The notes under the pieces were generated by a model. The model saw nothing but the letters and a program-made list of their open reading frames with translations. It did no database searches and was not told where the DNA came from. A program made the position numbers and the translations under genes. Shown here one piece after another: positions 54,501-64,000 of a DNA stretch of 64,000 nucleotides (positions are counted from its first letter, which is position 1; the number at the start of each line of letters is the position of its first letter). This DNA comes from Phoronis australis (lineage: Eukaryota > Animalia > Phoronida): contig NMRA01000014.1 of NCBI GenBank assembly GCA_002633005.1, forward strand, positions 1,646,260 through 1,710,259, in the 5' to 3' direction.

Positions 54501-57500
54501 TGGGCTTAAATCGTATACACGTTTGACTGTGGAACTCTTGCATCGCCTTCATTATTTCATTTTTCATCTCCAAATCACCATCTGCATAAGTTAGAAACAC
54601 TGTCAGTTAGTAAAATAAACCGAAAGTGAATGGTACATGTGTAGCTTGACAAAGAAACAAGAGTCATCGTTTAGAACTAAGCTGTGGTAAGTAAGATGAA
54701 AAGAACCTTGTCATTTAGAATTCTTGAGCGCTGCGTGGGAAAGGAAACATTCTACCCTGGTGGTATTGACCGTGATGGCGACATATGCACCAGCCCATCA
54801 ACAAGCAAAGCGTTACCGCAGTGCCTTGAACGTCCTGCGTATTAAGATTTTTTAGCAGTTTTGTCGAGTTTTCTTTTTTTTGTCGTTAGGCTGACGTATT
54901 AATTTAGCTTTAAAGATAGCCGTACGGACTTCGGTTAGAGATAGATCAATTTAGAATTTCCTCAGACTTTCTCAAGAGACATTGCAATTATACATAAAAT
55001 GAGGACTCTGTCGGGAGGAGTCATGTGTCTTCTTCTTAAATGAGGCAAGAATAACAATTACAGTTACATGTCAGAAAAGATAAAAACCTTCTCAGGGTGC
55101 AAGCCTACTTGTATGCTAATACACAGTGACCCAAACTATGTTATCAACTGTTTCCTTCTTACACAACTATTGCTGAAGAAATTCCTACATGTACCAAATT
55201 TGGCAACTCCAAACAGCTGTCAGTGGATGACGTTTTCTACCAACTTATAAGTAATAGTGACGACTTGTAACTGTTTTATTCGATGTTTCCACTACAAGGA
55301 AACTCACAGGCAGCGACCACAGTTGACAATTATTTGTATAGACATGGACTTTTAATGGAACCCATGATTAAGGTCATTTCCGCTAATCTCTGTATAAGAC
55401 AATAAAGTGCAATATTAGCAATATGAAGATGGACTCATCCTGCTGTGACCACCACTGTACTTTTCTTAAACCTCATTTTCTCCCTAAAGGTCTCCAAAAC
55501 TTGCCATGAACCAACACAAAACGCTCAAAATTCAACATTACCGAGTGGTTTTTCTTATCCTCCAACAAATGATGACCAATAAAGTCATGTTTTGATAATG
55601 CTCAGATCTAACTGTGCAAAGGTCTCTTTAACACATAATTAGTAGGCACCTCTACCCAATAGAAATTGTCTTTTGAGTTTCGCCGCTCCCAAGTGCACTT
55701 GCAGCAACACGGCGGATACTTAACAATTTAAACGTGTTCTAAAACACCATCTAATGCATATCACATTTTTGTAATTTAGTATAATCATTATCCCCTCTCA
55801 GAAATTTCTGTTTTGCAAAAATAAGCAGTGATTTTTTCAGAAATAATGTCACCAAAGATTTTGGATCAGTCTGCACCTGGAACAAGGCACAATCAAGCAA
55901 ATGCATCATGAACTATTGCATTGCTGTTCCTTTAATGCTTCATCATGTCTCTATTCCATTTGTAACTATTGACTTGCACCCTGAGTGGGTTATGACTTTC
56001 TGTGTCTTGTTTTCACAATTGTCAGCCTCATCTCAGATTATTTCTCCCCTAGCGACGATGAGACATATCCAGCCAGGAAATATAGCCGTGTTTTATGTAC
56101 CATTGTGGCGATGTGCTCTACCTTTCAGAGACCGACTTATACATCGGGAGTTCGAGCGAGTGTGCAATAAACAAACAGCGATATCGTGTTTATAATCATC
56201 TCTAAAAATATTTGTAAGGTTCCTATGTTTCTGCCTTTTTGACACCTGAGCGAACATTTCTATGCTGCTACTTTTCAGCGGTGGCTGATACTTCACAACC
56301 ATGGAAACGTTAATTGGGTAAACCGTTTATTATGACATATTTGATACTTACCATAAGCATTACTTATTACGAACGGGACAACGCGTTTCGTCCAAACCCA
56401 GTTTCGATTTTTAATAGTTGATTTTTTCCTCTGAAAACATAATCCTGAGTAAGCTCTGCATTCATGAACACATGCAATAACACCAAACAACGATTGTCAT
56501 GCATGTACAATTCGCTTCTTGTGAGACATTCAGTAATTTTACCGTCGATTGCAGTACACCCAACTCGTCACCCTAGCATTTGAATGGCCAATCGTTAAAA
56601 TACTCTATAATGAGCATACAGTGAGCAATGTTAAAAATTTGTTTCTGGTCTTCTTTTGAAAATCGATCCGAGGGTACGTTTTTACTCAAATCAAACCAGT
56701 TTAGAATAAGTGCTATAACGGCCCGATTGCCTAAGCTCGCGGCACTCGCCTTGGCTAAGTCATCCAAGTCATGTTACTATAAGAACTAGTTAACATGGAA
56801 GAACACCTTACAAAGGTGCCAAGATCCTTCGAAACTGAATAAATATTTTAGCGTTCGAATACGCCCTTTAATTCCTCAACAAAATTATGAACAAGCCACA
56901 TTTGCAAAGGGCGCATCTTTGCGCATGCCTACTAAATAACTGTTACCTTCGCTCTTTAAAATGGCGGTATGATTCGCCAAAATACATGTATGGCCTTCCC
57001 TTCATTTAGTCGTTAGAATAAAAAGATACGAGATGGGACAGCAAAATTCGCATCCGTTGTTCCGAAAAAAAAATTGTCTGGCATGGATGGAACCATCGAA
57101 AACGTTACATAATTTTTACTTTTTGGATAACTACCAATGTTCAATTCATTCAAAGCCCCTAAAATCAATGTAATATGTCGGAGGTTTGTATCATTTCAAC
57201 ATAGCTGTTGTCATTCCCTACATGGAAATTTTCTTGAAAGCCAAGTCCATAGAGTTACGTCAACTGGTACATTTTTTTATATCAAAACTGCAAAAACCGT
57301 AACTTTGGGACTTAAATCGAGACCATAGTTCAACTTNTACTCAAATCAAACCAGTTTAGAATAAGTGCTATAATGGCCCGATTGCCTAAGCTCGCGGCAC
57401 TCGCCTTGGCTAAGTCATCCAAGTCATGTTACTATAAGAACTAGTTAACATGGAAGAACACCTTACAAAGGTGCCAAGATCCTTCGAAATTGAATAAATA

Positions 57501-60500
57501 TTTTAGCGTTCCAATACGCCCTTTAATTCCTCAACAAAATTATGAACAAGCCATATTTGCAAAGGGCCCATCTTTGCGCATGCCTACTAAATAACTGTTA
57601 CCTTCGCTCTTTAAAATGGCGGTATGATTCGCCAAAATACATGTATGGCCTTCCCTTCATTTAGTCGTTAGAATAAAAAGATACGAGATGGGACAGCAAA
57701 ATTCGCATCCGTTGTTCCGAAAAAAAAATTGTCTGGCATGGATGGAACCATCGAAAACGTTACATAATTTTTACTTTTTGGATAACTACCAATGTTCAAT
57801 TCACTCAAAGCCCCTAAAATCAATGTAATATGTCGGAGGTTTGTATCATTTCAACATAGCTGTTGTCATTCCCTACATGGAAATTTTCTTGAAAGCCAAG
57901 TCCATAGAGTTACGTCAACTGGTACATTTTTTTATATCAAAACTGCAAAAACCGTAACTTTGGGACTTAAATCGAGACCATAGTTCAACTTGATGCGGGC
58001 GGCGCTTTTTTGGAGTAGCGCGTACAGGAACATACCATAGAATCAATCGCGTTTTTAACATAAACTGAACAAAATTTCGCTAAGCACGTACCGATAACGT
58101 TGGTGCATAGCTTTGACTAAATGAAAGACCTTCATGGTTATTTGGCGGTGAGCCCGAACGTGTCTCCTGCAAAAGAAATTGGTTCGGAAGTAAATAAACT
58201 TGTCCAAAACTTGCATTTCAAATATAAATACGTATAAAACTACAATATCCTTACAAAAAAGCCAACTGGCAATTTTGAATTCTTTTTTCCAGCGGTCCGA
58301 TTCATGAAAAGTGACTCATGACTTAAGACCAAAAATTTGTTTAAGTGCAGAAAATACATTTTGATTAGCACCAAGTCGGTTTTCGGTCATTAGTCGTTTT
58401 TTGTTATTGGTGAGCATGTAAACACTCTCGCCAACAGTTGCAAATTCGCAAATTTACGGGAGGTGATTTGCGAAATCCGATGTCAAATACAATATTGACT
58501 TTCAAACTCTAATTAGGGATTTTTTGCAACATTTGGATGCAAGCGGGACTAAGTTTACTTGAGAAGATCCTGGTATGGCTGGAAAACATCACTTCAAATG
58601 TGCACGTACACCTGTAGGTCGCACTGAGTTGTCTCTACTACATGTATGCTTTGCCGGTTCTCGAATCGAAAGTAGACAATCTTCAATTTGATAGCAGCGT
58701 TTGGGGCCATTAGATTGTACAATATTGAGAACAATAGCGACGAAACGTGTTCTTAAACGGTTCACAGAGATGGCAGATATAATGTATGGTCATTTAGACC
58801 GGAAATACAGTCTTAAACCTACCACAAAGACTAAATTTCTGCCATAACTTGCTGACTCTGGTCTTAGTTTTGGTCTTAAGAAATATCAGATTCGTCTTGA
58901 AAGGATACCAAGCGCGGTTTTGAGGTACTAAAACCGATTTTCCCGTTCAATTTTCTGGAACAAAATAATGCTCTCTAACCCACGACAACTCTCAAATGTT
59001 TGTAGGAAATTTGAAAACTCCTTTAAAGTCTGCTAAACAGGTAAGCGTGGCCTAGTCGCATTTAGCGAAGTACAAGTCTGTTCGAAAAACCTCCCGCCAA
59101 GGAATATAATGTCCAATTTGTGAGAGGGTAAGGGTTTTAGTTGATTCCTGCTTTTATCTTACACGATTGACGCCAATACTACATTAGCAGGCGTCAAAAT
59201 GAAGATTGGTTAAAATCACCAAAACAGGGTTAATTATCCTTATATCAAAATGTTTCTTCAAGAAAAATGCGTTTGCTTTTAGAAAAAACGAGCTTCGGCA
59301 AGACGTTGAACTTAGCGCGTGCCTGCTAAGCGACACTCAGACGACTGCGGCCTCTGGTGTCACAGACGTTTGCGTTTGTGTTTAAAATGAAACTGGAAGT
59401 ATGTTGCTGTTTTAACTTACCACGTGAACGAGAATGTCTCCGTCTATTAAATGAACCCCATGTACGCCTAGAATAGAGATGAAAATATTAGGCTGGCTCG
59501 TTACAGCACAAGCTACATTTTTTCATATTTTTTCAAAATTTTTAGATATACAGTGTAGTTACAATTTTGATTCCTCAATAGAAATACTGACAGTACTTTT
59601 CAGAAGAAGTGGACGAAATCATCAAGGAATTTAAAAAGCCATGAAATTGACTCAGAAATAGCCAAAATTTTTGCTCTAAAGTTTGCGGATTTTCGACATG
59701 GCATGTCATTGAATGTTAACCTCCGTTTCAATCGTTGAGACTGAACTGGAAAAACGATCGACAATTTGATGTGGTTGTCATGGCAGCATTTTTAAAACAG
59801 TGAATGTCACGGTTAATGTTCATGTAGTCGGACTTGAAAAAACATGTGTCTTGAGCTTGTCTACTTACATACAATTCTCTTGATGACTGCAAGCTAAGTT
59901 TCACAGCCTACATTTGGATTAAAATGCCTTCCAGCAAACAAATATACAGAAATCTTCGGCAGTTTGATTAGTTGTTTCCATGAATTTAAAGTAGCATTTC
60001 GCACTGTTTTGCTGGTTCCGAACATACTGTATATAGTGGAGGAGTTGCAATTCCATGTTCCACTGTCATAGGTGCAAACCTCGTTGATCAAGATCCAAAT
60101 GGCAGAAACGTTGGTATTGAGATTGTTGTAGACAACACCAGTGGCGGATCCAGGATTTTGAGTTAGAGGGGCAAGGGCAGACTACTAGCTCAGGATTTTA
60201 CCCGTCAGACATTCAAACACCTGAACTGCCAAATGTACTCTACAAAAATGTTATGGGGTGCATGGCCCTCTTGCCTCCCGCCCCCCCTAAATCCGCCACT
60301 GAACACCACGTGTGTTTTAACCGTTTACTTTGCCAAACGAAAATGCTGCCCAATTAGCATTTTTAGATGAACTAGACATTTTATTTAAACCTAAAAGTAG
60401 TAACCATTTTTCTGTGCAGGGGATTTTAACTTTCCCTCAGCAGAAATTGACGAAAACGGATTGAGAGACAAAAATTGCAAGTAAGTGGTTTTAGACCGTA

Positions 60501-62226
60501 TAAACAGGTTAATCAAAAAGCTTGACCTTCTGGATGTTTGGAGGCATCAAAATCCAGACATGAAGCAATTTATTCGGCCATGCAAGTCTTTTAAATTGAA
60601 AAACAGAATTGAGTACCGGCTTTGCTCCAAGTTTTTAAGGGACAGTTTCAAAGCAGTGCGTTTAAAAATTTTTGTTAAATATGACCAATTTAAACGATAT
60701 TTGTAGTTTTTGGAAAACTTGAGAAAAGCCTTTCAGAAAAGAATATTTATATAAGAAATATTGCGGAAGTTATAACGAAGTTTGTTGAGTAACTTGCGGA
60801 GTCAAACAATAAACCTGCAACATGGAAATTTATGAAAATAAAAATCAGGCAATTCACCACATTTTTGACAGCAAAAACAACTAGATTAGTAAATTATTAA
60901 AATGATGAACTTGAAAGTCACAATTGAATTAGCGATGCCACGAGAAACACCAAATGAACATGCGGCTAGTTTATGCCAATGTTGCCTTGTCAGATGTTAC
61001 TACTCCAAAGATACGCCGGGGCTTCACAACTCCGAAGGTTAACTACTCCGACCGTTCACCTTTCTGAGTGTTGCTTCTCTGAATGTTTGCTAATGAGGCC
61101 GAACTGACATGGATAACGTACTGCATTTATGTCCATTTAGGCAAGACTAGCAGAGACACTGTAGACTAGTACAGTACATGCAGTTTCTATCGTGCGCGTG
61201 GTTCCGGTGCGGTGGGTGGGTATGATAAGCTGTACATCAACTTAACTGTAGCGCAGCGAAATGGTGCGATCGGGACATGGGTTTGGCTAATGTATCGTGG
61301 TTGACAATTCATTAATATCTTTAATTCACATTTGCTACAAAATGCAAGTGGGCTCTCTTTTTTCCATGTTTCATATGTTTCGAATCCCAATTTCACAGGC
61401 GCAAGGAACACAAGAAAACAGCATTAGACCCCGAGCATTGTTTTCATTAGGTACACCGCTGCATCTAAAAAACGAAGTGTTGTGCATTTATGCATGTAGC
61501 AAAATGAACATTAAACCTGAGTCCCAAAGTTTACATATTTTCGAAATAGGTATTATTTAAAGCAGTGAACCTTCCGTACCCACGGCGTCATGAACCATCG
61601 GAGAAGTAGGCTTCTCCCAACAATTGTTGTATTTCTAGTCTCTTACTTGAGCTCTCTTCTCAGCTACGTCAGACAGACAGCTCAGCCGTGTCCTTAAAAG
61701 GACATATCGTCAAGAAAATTATTTACTGGCTGAATCCCCGCGGTTGCAGTCTAACGCTCTGCTGGCGGAACTAAACCCCATTCGATAAATGACTGATTAT
61801 TTCAAGCATGTTCAACTGGTAGAGATGTCCGTCAGACCACCTCAAGATTCTAACACAATCGCAAAACGCAACGGATTTTGTTGATTCATTGCTCTGGTCA
61901 AATCTAATACATTCAAGAGGTCTATCCCATCCAATAAGAACCCAAGAATTGCGTTTTCCTGCCGAAAAACCGTTAAGGTTCGATTGTCTGGCATTAAAAC
62001 CAGGATCTGAATGCGGGTCTTCCAACTGGGAATCCGACCTGAAGCTCAAATCACTAATAGATATTGTCTCTCTCTTACGTCACAATGCTAATATGCAAGA
62101 CATGCAAAGCTAAAACCGCAAACCTCCGACAAACAGAACATGTACTGTCACGCAAAACTTACCTCTGTTCTCTTCAGGGTTGCGGCCCCGTTCTAATAGA
62201 TTTCCTAAACTTTTTCGAAATAGACT
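33447..62226 (-). CDS. Astacin-family (M12A, meprin-like) zinc metalloprotease: prodomain-astacin-Sushi/CCP-3xMAM; 20 exons recovered, 5' end incomplete
   Basis: Exons spliced by hand, all GT-AG and phase-compatible (2586 nt including stop): 62226-62163, 59467-59421, 58166-58092, 56430-56352, 54581-54458, 53321-53146, 52098-51871, 50682-50506, 49993-49844, 49399-49297, 48279-48123, 47123-47006, 46631-46482, 43670-43594, 43005-42829, 41199-41076, 39644-39492, 39006-38875, 38639-38467, 33548-33447. Contains [19 protein letters not shown] (astacin zinc motif), TCIRF, the IDGDI prodomain motif and three CxFE..CG...DIxxDD MAM domains. Confidence 0.93.
33850..36164 (+). mobile_element. 5'-truncated, decayed non-LTR retrotransposon (RTE-X-like LINE): reverse transcriptase plus C-terminal CCHC, (TTAC)n tail
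   Basis: ORF pieces 33802-34707, 34713-35180, 35173-35424 and 35503-35958 join by frameshifts or a stop. RT motifs [31 protein letters not shown]; C-terminal [18 protein letters not shown]; AATAAA at 36137-36142 then (TTAC)5 at 36145-36164. Clade assignment is from motif recognition only. Confidence 0.9.
36725..37768 (-). mobile_element. 3' fragment of a CR1/L2-group LINE (end of RT, 3' UTR, simple-repeat tail)
   Basis: KTKSMLFG...[18 protein letters not shown]...[16 protein letters not shown]...QNRAARAI with a frameshift near 37260-37290. 3' terminal GGCCCTCTT...AAGAGGCCACCCTG stem-loop followed by an (AATA)n/(AAAC)n tail. Confidence 0.88.
38467..39644 (-). CDS. MAM domain 3 exons (39644-39492, 39006-38875, 38639-38467)
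   Basis: [10 protein letters not shown]...TGPIGDHT / GMYIYVDAS...ARLVS...CLSFWYHM / GSLRI...W. Confidence 0.92.
41076..46631 (-). CDS. MAM domain 2 exons (46631-46482, 43670-43594, 43005-42829, 41199-41076)
   Basis: [10 protein letters not shown]...TGPSCDHT / GRYLYFETS...ARILSP / FYYSMYG..MGSL...W / [15 protein letters not shown]...GPC. Confidence 0.92.
43151..43407. mobile_element. MITE of the same family as 52492-52758
   Basis: TTTTATGAAAAGTAACT ... AGTCACTTTTCATGAAA inverted ends; similar length. Confidence 0.65.
44248..44406. mobile_element. MITE with (C/T)ATGGGCGGCGCAGCA...TGTTGCGCCACCCATG TIRs and 5-bp TSD (TAACA)
   Basis: TIRs, an internal repeat of GGCGGCGCAGCACTGA and TAACA flanks seen directly. 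Confidence 0.72.
47006..49993 (-). CDS. MAM domain 1 exons (49993-49844, 49399-49297, 48279-48123, 47123-47006)
   Basis: [10 protein letters not shown]...TGPNDDHT / GHYMFLEAS...ARLISP / FYYSMHG..MGTL...W / IIFEA...DIAIDDI. Confidence 0.92.
50506..50682 (-). CDS. Astacin gene exon encoding one Sushi/CCP domain
   Basis: [10 protein letters not shown]...[37 protein letters not shown] fits the four-Cys CCP consensus; symmetric phase 1-1 exon. Confidence 0.93.
51380..51622 (-). mobile_element. tRNA-derived SINE
   Basis: Pol III A box TGGCTCAGTGG (51612-51602) and B box GGTTCCAGTCC (51567-51557) at tRNA-like spacing, followed by a non-tRNA body. The 3' boundary is approximate. Confidence 0.7.
51871..52098 (-). 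CDS. Astacin gene exon (Met-turn region and end of catalytic domain)
   Basis: [10 protein letters not shown]...[21 protein letters not shown]; canonical splice sites. Confidence 0.95.
52492..52758. mobile_element. MITE with GG..TTTCATGAAAAGTGACT TIRs (possibly Harbinger-like)
   Basis: Imperfect TIRs of about 30 bp. Related ends at 43151-43407, 1737-1966 and from 58293. TSD not resolved. Confidence 0.7.
53146..53321 (-). CDS. Astacin gene exon with the zinc-binding motif
   Basis: Encodes [21 protein letters not shown]...[22 protein letters not shown], matching HExxHxxGFxHExxRxDRD. Confidence 0.97.
54458..54581 (-). CDS. Astacin gene exon ([25 protein letters not shown])
   Basis: Conserved TCIRF motif; canonical splice sites; phase 1-2. 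Confidence 0.93.
56352..56430 (-). CDS. Astacin gene exon (activation site and start of catalytic domain, [26 protein letters not shown])
   Basis: Basic cluster followed by the W....VPF pattern of mature astacin N-termini; canonical splice sites. Confidence 0.9.
56683..57991. repeat. 654-bp direct duplication (56683-57336 and 57338-57991) separated by a single N
   Basis: Near-identical copies with about 8 substitutions or 1-nt indels by eye; N at 57337 exactly at the junction. Confidence 0.95.
58092..58166 (-). CDS. Astacin gene exon (prodomain linker, [25 protein letters not shown])
   Basis: tttcttttgcag acceptor, G|GTACGT donor, phase 0-0, open frame. No conserved motif. Confidence 0.6.
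59421..59467 (-). CDS. Astacin gene exon (prodomain aspartate-switch motif, [16 protein letters not shown])
   Basis: ctattctag acceptor, GTAAGT donor; IDGDI matches the astacin FEGDI-type prodomain motif. Confidence 0.8.
60139..60301. mobile_element. MITE of the same family as 12953-13066, 5-bp TSD (AACAC)
   Basis: CAGTGGCGGAT...ATCCGCCACTG; shared internal CAGGATTTT.CCCGTCAGACATT. Confidence 0.85.
60340..60900 (+). mobile_element. Degenerate L1/Tx1-like LINE relic (APE endonuclease region)
   Basis: Broken frames give [26 protein letters not shown] (RIDY-like) and W..MKIKIRQF, in the order expected for an L1-clade ORF2 N-terminus. Confidence 0.7.
62163..62226 (-). CDS. Astacin gene exon (prodomain, [21 protein letters not shown])
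   Basis: tattttcag acceptor, G|GTAAGT donor, open frame, phase fits the next exon. NPEE preceding the xxGDI motif resembles other astacin prodomains. Confidence 0.65.
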
Positions 62227-64000
62227 CTGAAAATAAAATAATCGATGTGCATTCATGGTCACCAAACACAAAAAATAACGACATACATGTACATGTACTT
62301 AATTTGCCTTGACAGTCTATACCGGAATTACCAATAGCATGGGCTTGCACAAGCGTTGTTCACGGGTTTTGCCACAGAAATACAAAGTACATGTATGTGA
62401 TGGTCATCTAGATTTCGATAACCCTTGGAGATTTTAAGAAACATCTGGACTTAATATGTGGCGAGTTCAGTGGAAAAGCAACGTTTCATGATAACTACAT
62501 ATTCATGGACTAGTACATTTCAAATGATTGGAACCAGTGACGTATTGCTTAGCTATTCCTCGGAAACCAGATTGCTACAGAACAGTTAGTGAAAGCAATA
62601 AGCCTACCACAAAGAAAGTTATACCCGATTTGCAAACGCTAAAGTTTTCGCTATCACAACTACCAGTCATATTGACGCTCACAAGTTACACCTTTGTTGA
62701 GTCACCACAAAAACTGCCGGTGTGTTAGCTAGCACTTCTGTAGCCAGACCACTTACTTAGTCAAAGGACTCACGAGCGCTAGGGACTCCTTCGTCGCAAT
62801 TTTTAGTTGATATTGAAAGTCTTTGACACCAAGTTTCGCTTAAAAGCGATTCAGTGGTAAGGAAATAACATGTAACTGCTGGTGAAGTATACTCCTTCTC
62901 GGTTAACTTGTCTGTCAAAAACAGTAGCTTGACCCTTTATCCAGTGGTATTGGTTGCGTTTTCTCTACTCGTTTGCTTGCGTTCTCTCTTCTCGTTTGAC
63001 CTAGTAGTTAGGTCCAGTCTTGGTTATTGTATCATTTTGGAAACAATGACGAATGGGAAGAACCACCGTGATGAAAACCAAAATTGATTACTTCGTCGTA
63101 CATTATTGACATCCTAAATCCAAACAGGGTTAATCTTAGATGAAACACTGGCCAGACACGTTGTTACTTTTGATCGGTTATGATATTAATCAAGGATGCG
63201 TAAGCGAAGCAATTTACGTTCATTATCTTATATTAGGTTAATCTGAGTAGCAGTTTCTTTGAATACAAGACAACAGAAAAACAAAATGCTTTAGTCAGAC
63301 AAACGAACTGTACGCAAAGGAGTCATCTTCGCCCGCAAATAATGAGATTTATGGCACTCTGACATAAATACTATTATCTGGGCAAATTCTGTTCTACAGC
63401 CCTTCAGCCTTCATATCCAATTCCTACTTAGTTCCTATCTAGTCCGATGGTAGCGCTGGTTGATCTTTCTGTCCAGTTCCGGATGGCCCAGCCTCAACCA
63501 ACAGTGCATTCACTCGCAAGTTTTTCCCAATCAGACAATTTTATACCCATTTGGTACTTATCATAGGATTTGTCGTTTTGTTCGACCGACTTGGTAGGCA
63601 ATTTGCCAATACCCATTTGGTTTTATGTACACACCTGGTACTACACTAACCTGTCACCTGTGCCACTTAGTATCCGATACTCAATTACACATTGGGTATC
63701 GCAAATGCGTGTGTTATCTCTTGTAATTCTGGTACCCATCTGGTACATTCTGTGAAATAATTATTTGTAGAGTTGTGACGCTGAAATTCCCAATACAACC
63801 TAAAATATATATTATTCTTGTGGTGTTTTAATTGTCCCCAATAATTCCTCTCTCTCAGCACCCTGAACTCTTTGAAAGCTACGTCGGACCTTGTCAACAG
63901 GTTTGTGTATTGAATCAAATATCTACAAGACAATCGATACACGACTTTGAATGCAAAACGCTGGTAAAATTTGATTCTTGACTGTTTACCAATCTGCCAT

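Noticed and set aside
57137-57983. Two near-identical 63-aa ORFs suggesting a tandem small-gene pair
   Set aside because: By-product of the 654-bp duplication at the assembly N, within an intron; no domain.
63658-63749. Candidate signal-peptide exon of the protease (AG...GT-bounded block)
   Set aside because: In-frame TAA in the phase needed to join the 62226 exon, and no hydrophobic signal sequence. The donor near 62755 is also preceded by an in-frame stop. The first exon probably lies beyond the window.

Overview
AT-rich eukaryotic genomic DNA, probably from a marine invertebrate (lophotrochozoan-like; this is inference). There is no sign of prokaryotic operons, CRISPR arrays, rRNA or true tRNA genes. 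Two protein-coding genes lie on the minus strand. (1) An innexin gap-junction/hemichannel gene with an intronless 402-aa CDS (5524-6732). Its splice acceptor and start codon are tandemly triplicated, and a candidate TATA/Inr non-coding first exon lies about 19.5 kb upstream (about 26187-26260). (2) A 20-exon astacin-family (M12A) zinc metalloprotease that I spliced by hand from 62226 to 33447. All exon phases are compatible (2586 nt, 861 aa); the signal-peptide exon was not found. Its architecture is prodomain-astacin-Sushi/CCP-MAM-MAM-MAM, and the Met-turn reads SILHY instead of SxMHY. The rest is intronic or intergenic and repeat-rich: a decayed RTE-X-like LINE and a CR1/L2-like LINE 3' piece in the last protease intron, an L1/Tx1 endonuclease relic, a tRNA-derived SINE, five MITEs with 5-bp target-site duplications (TSDs), a second MITE family, two THAP-domain relics, and a 654-bp duplication around a single N that is probably an assembly artefact. 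The palindrome TACATGTA is strongly over-represented. I did not find a clearly new multi-gene system. The best leads are the protease's unusual features, the innexin 5' architecture and the TACATGTA excess.
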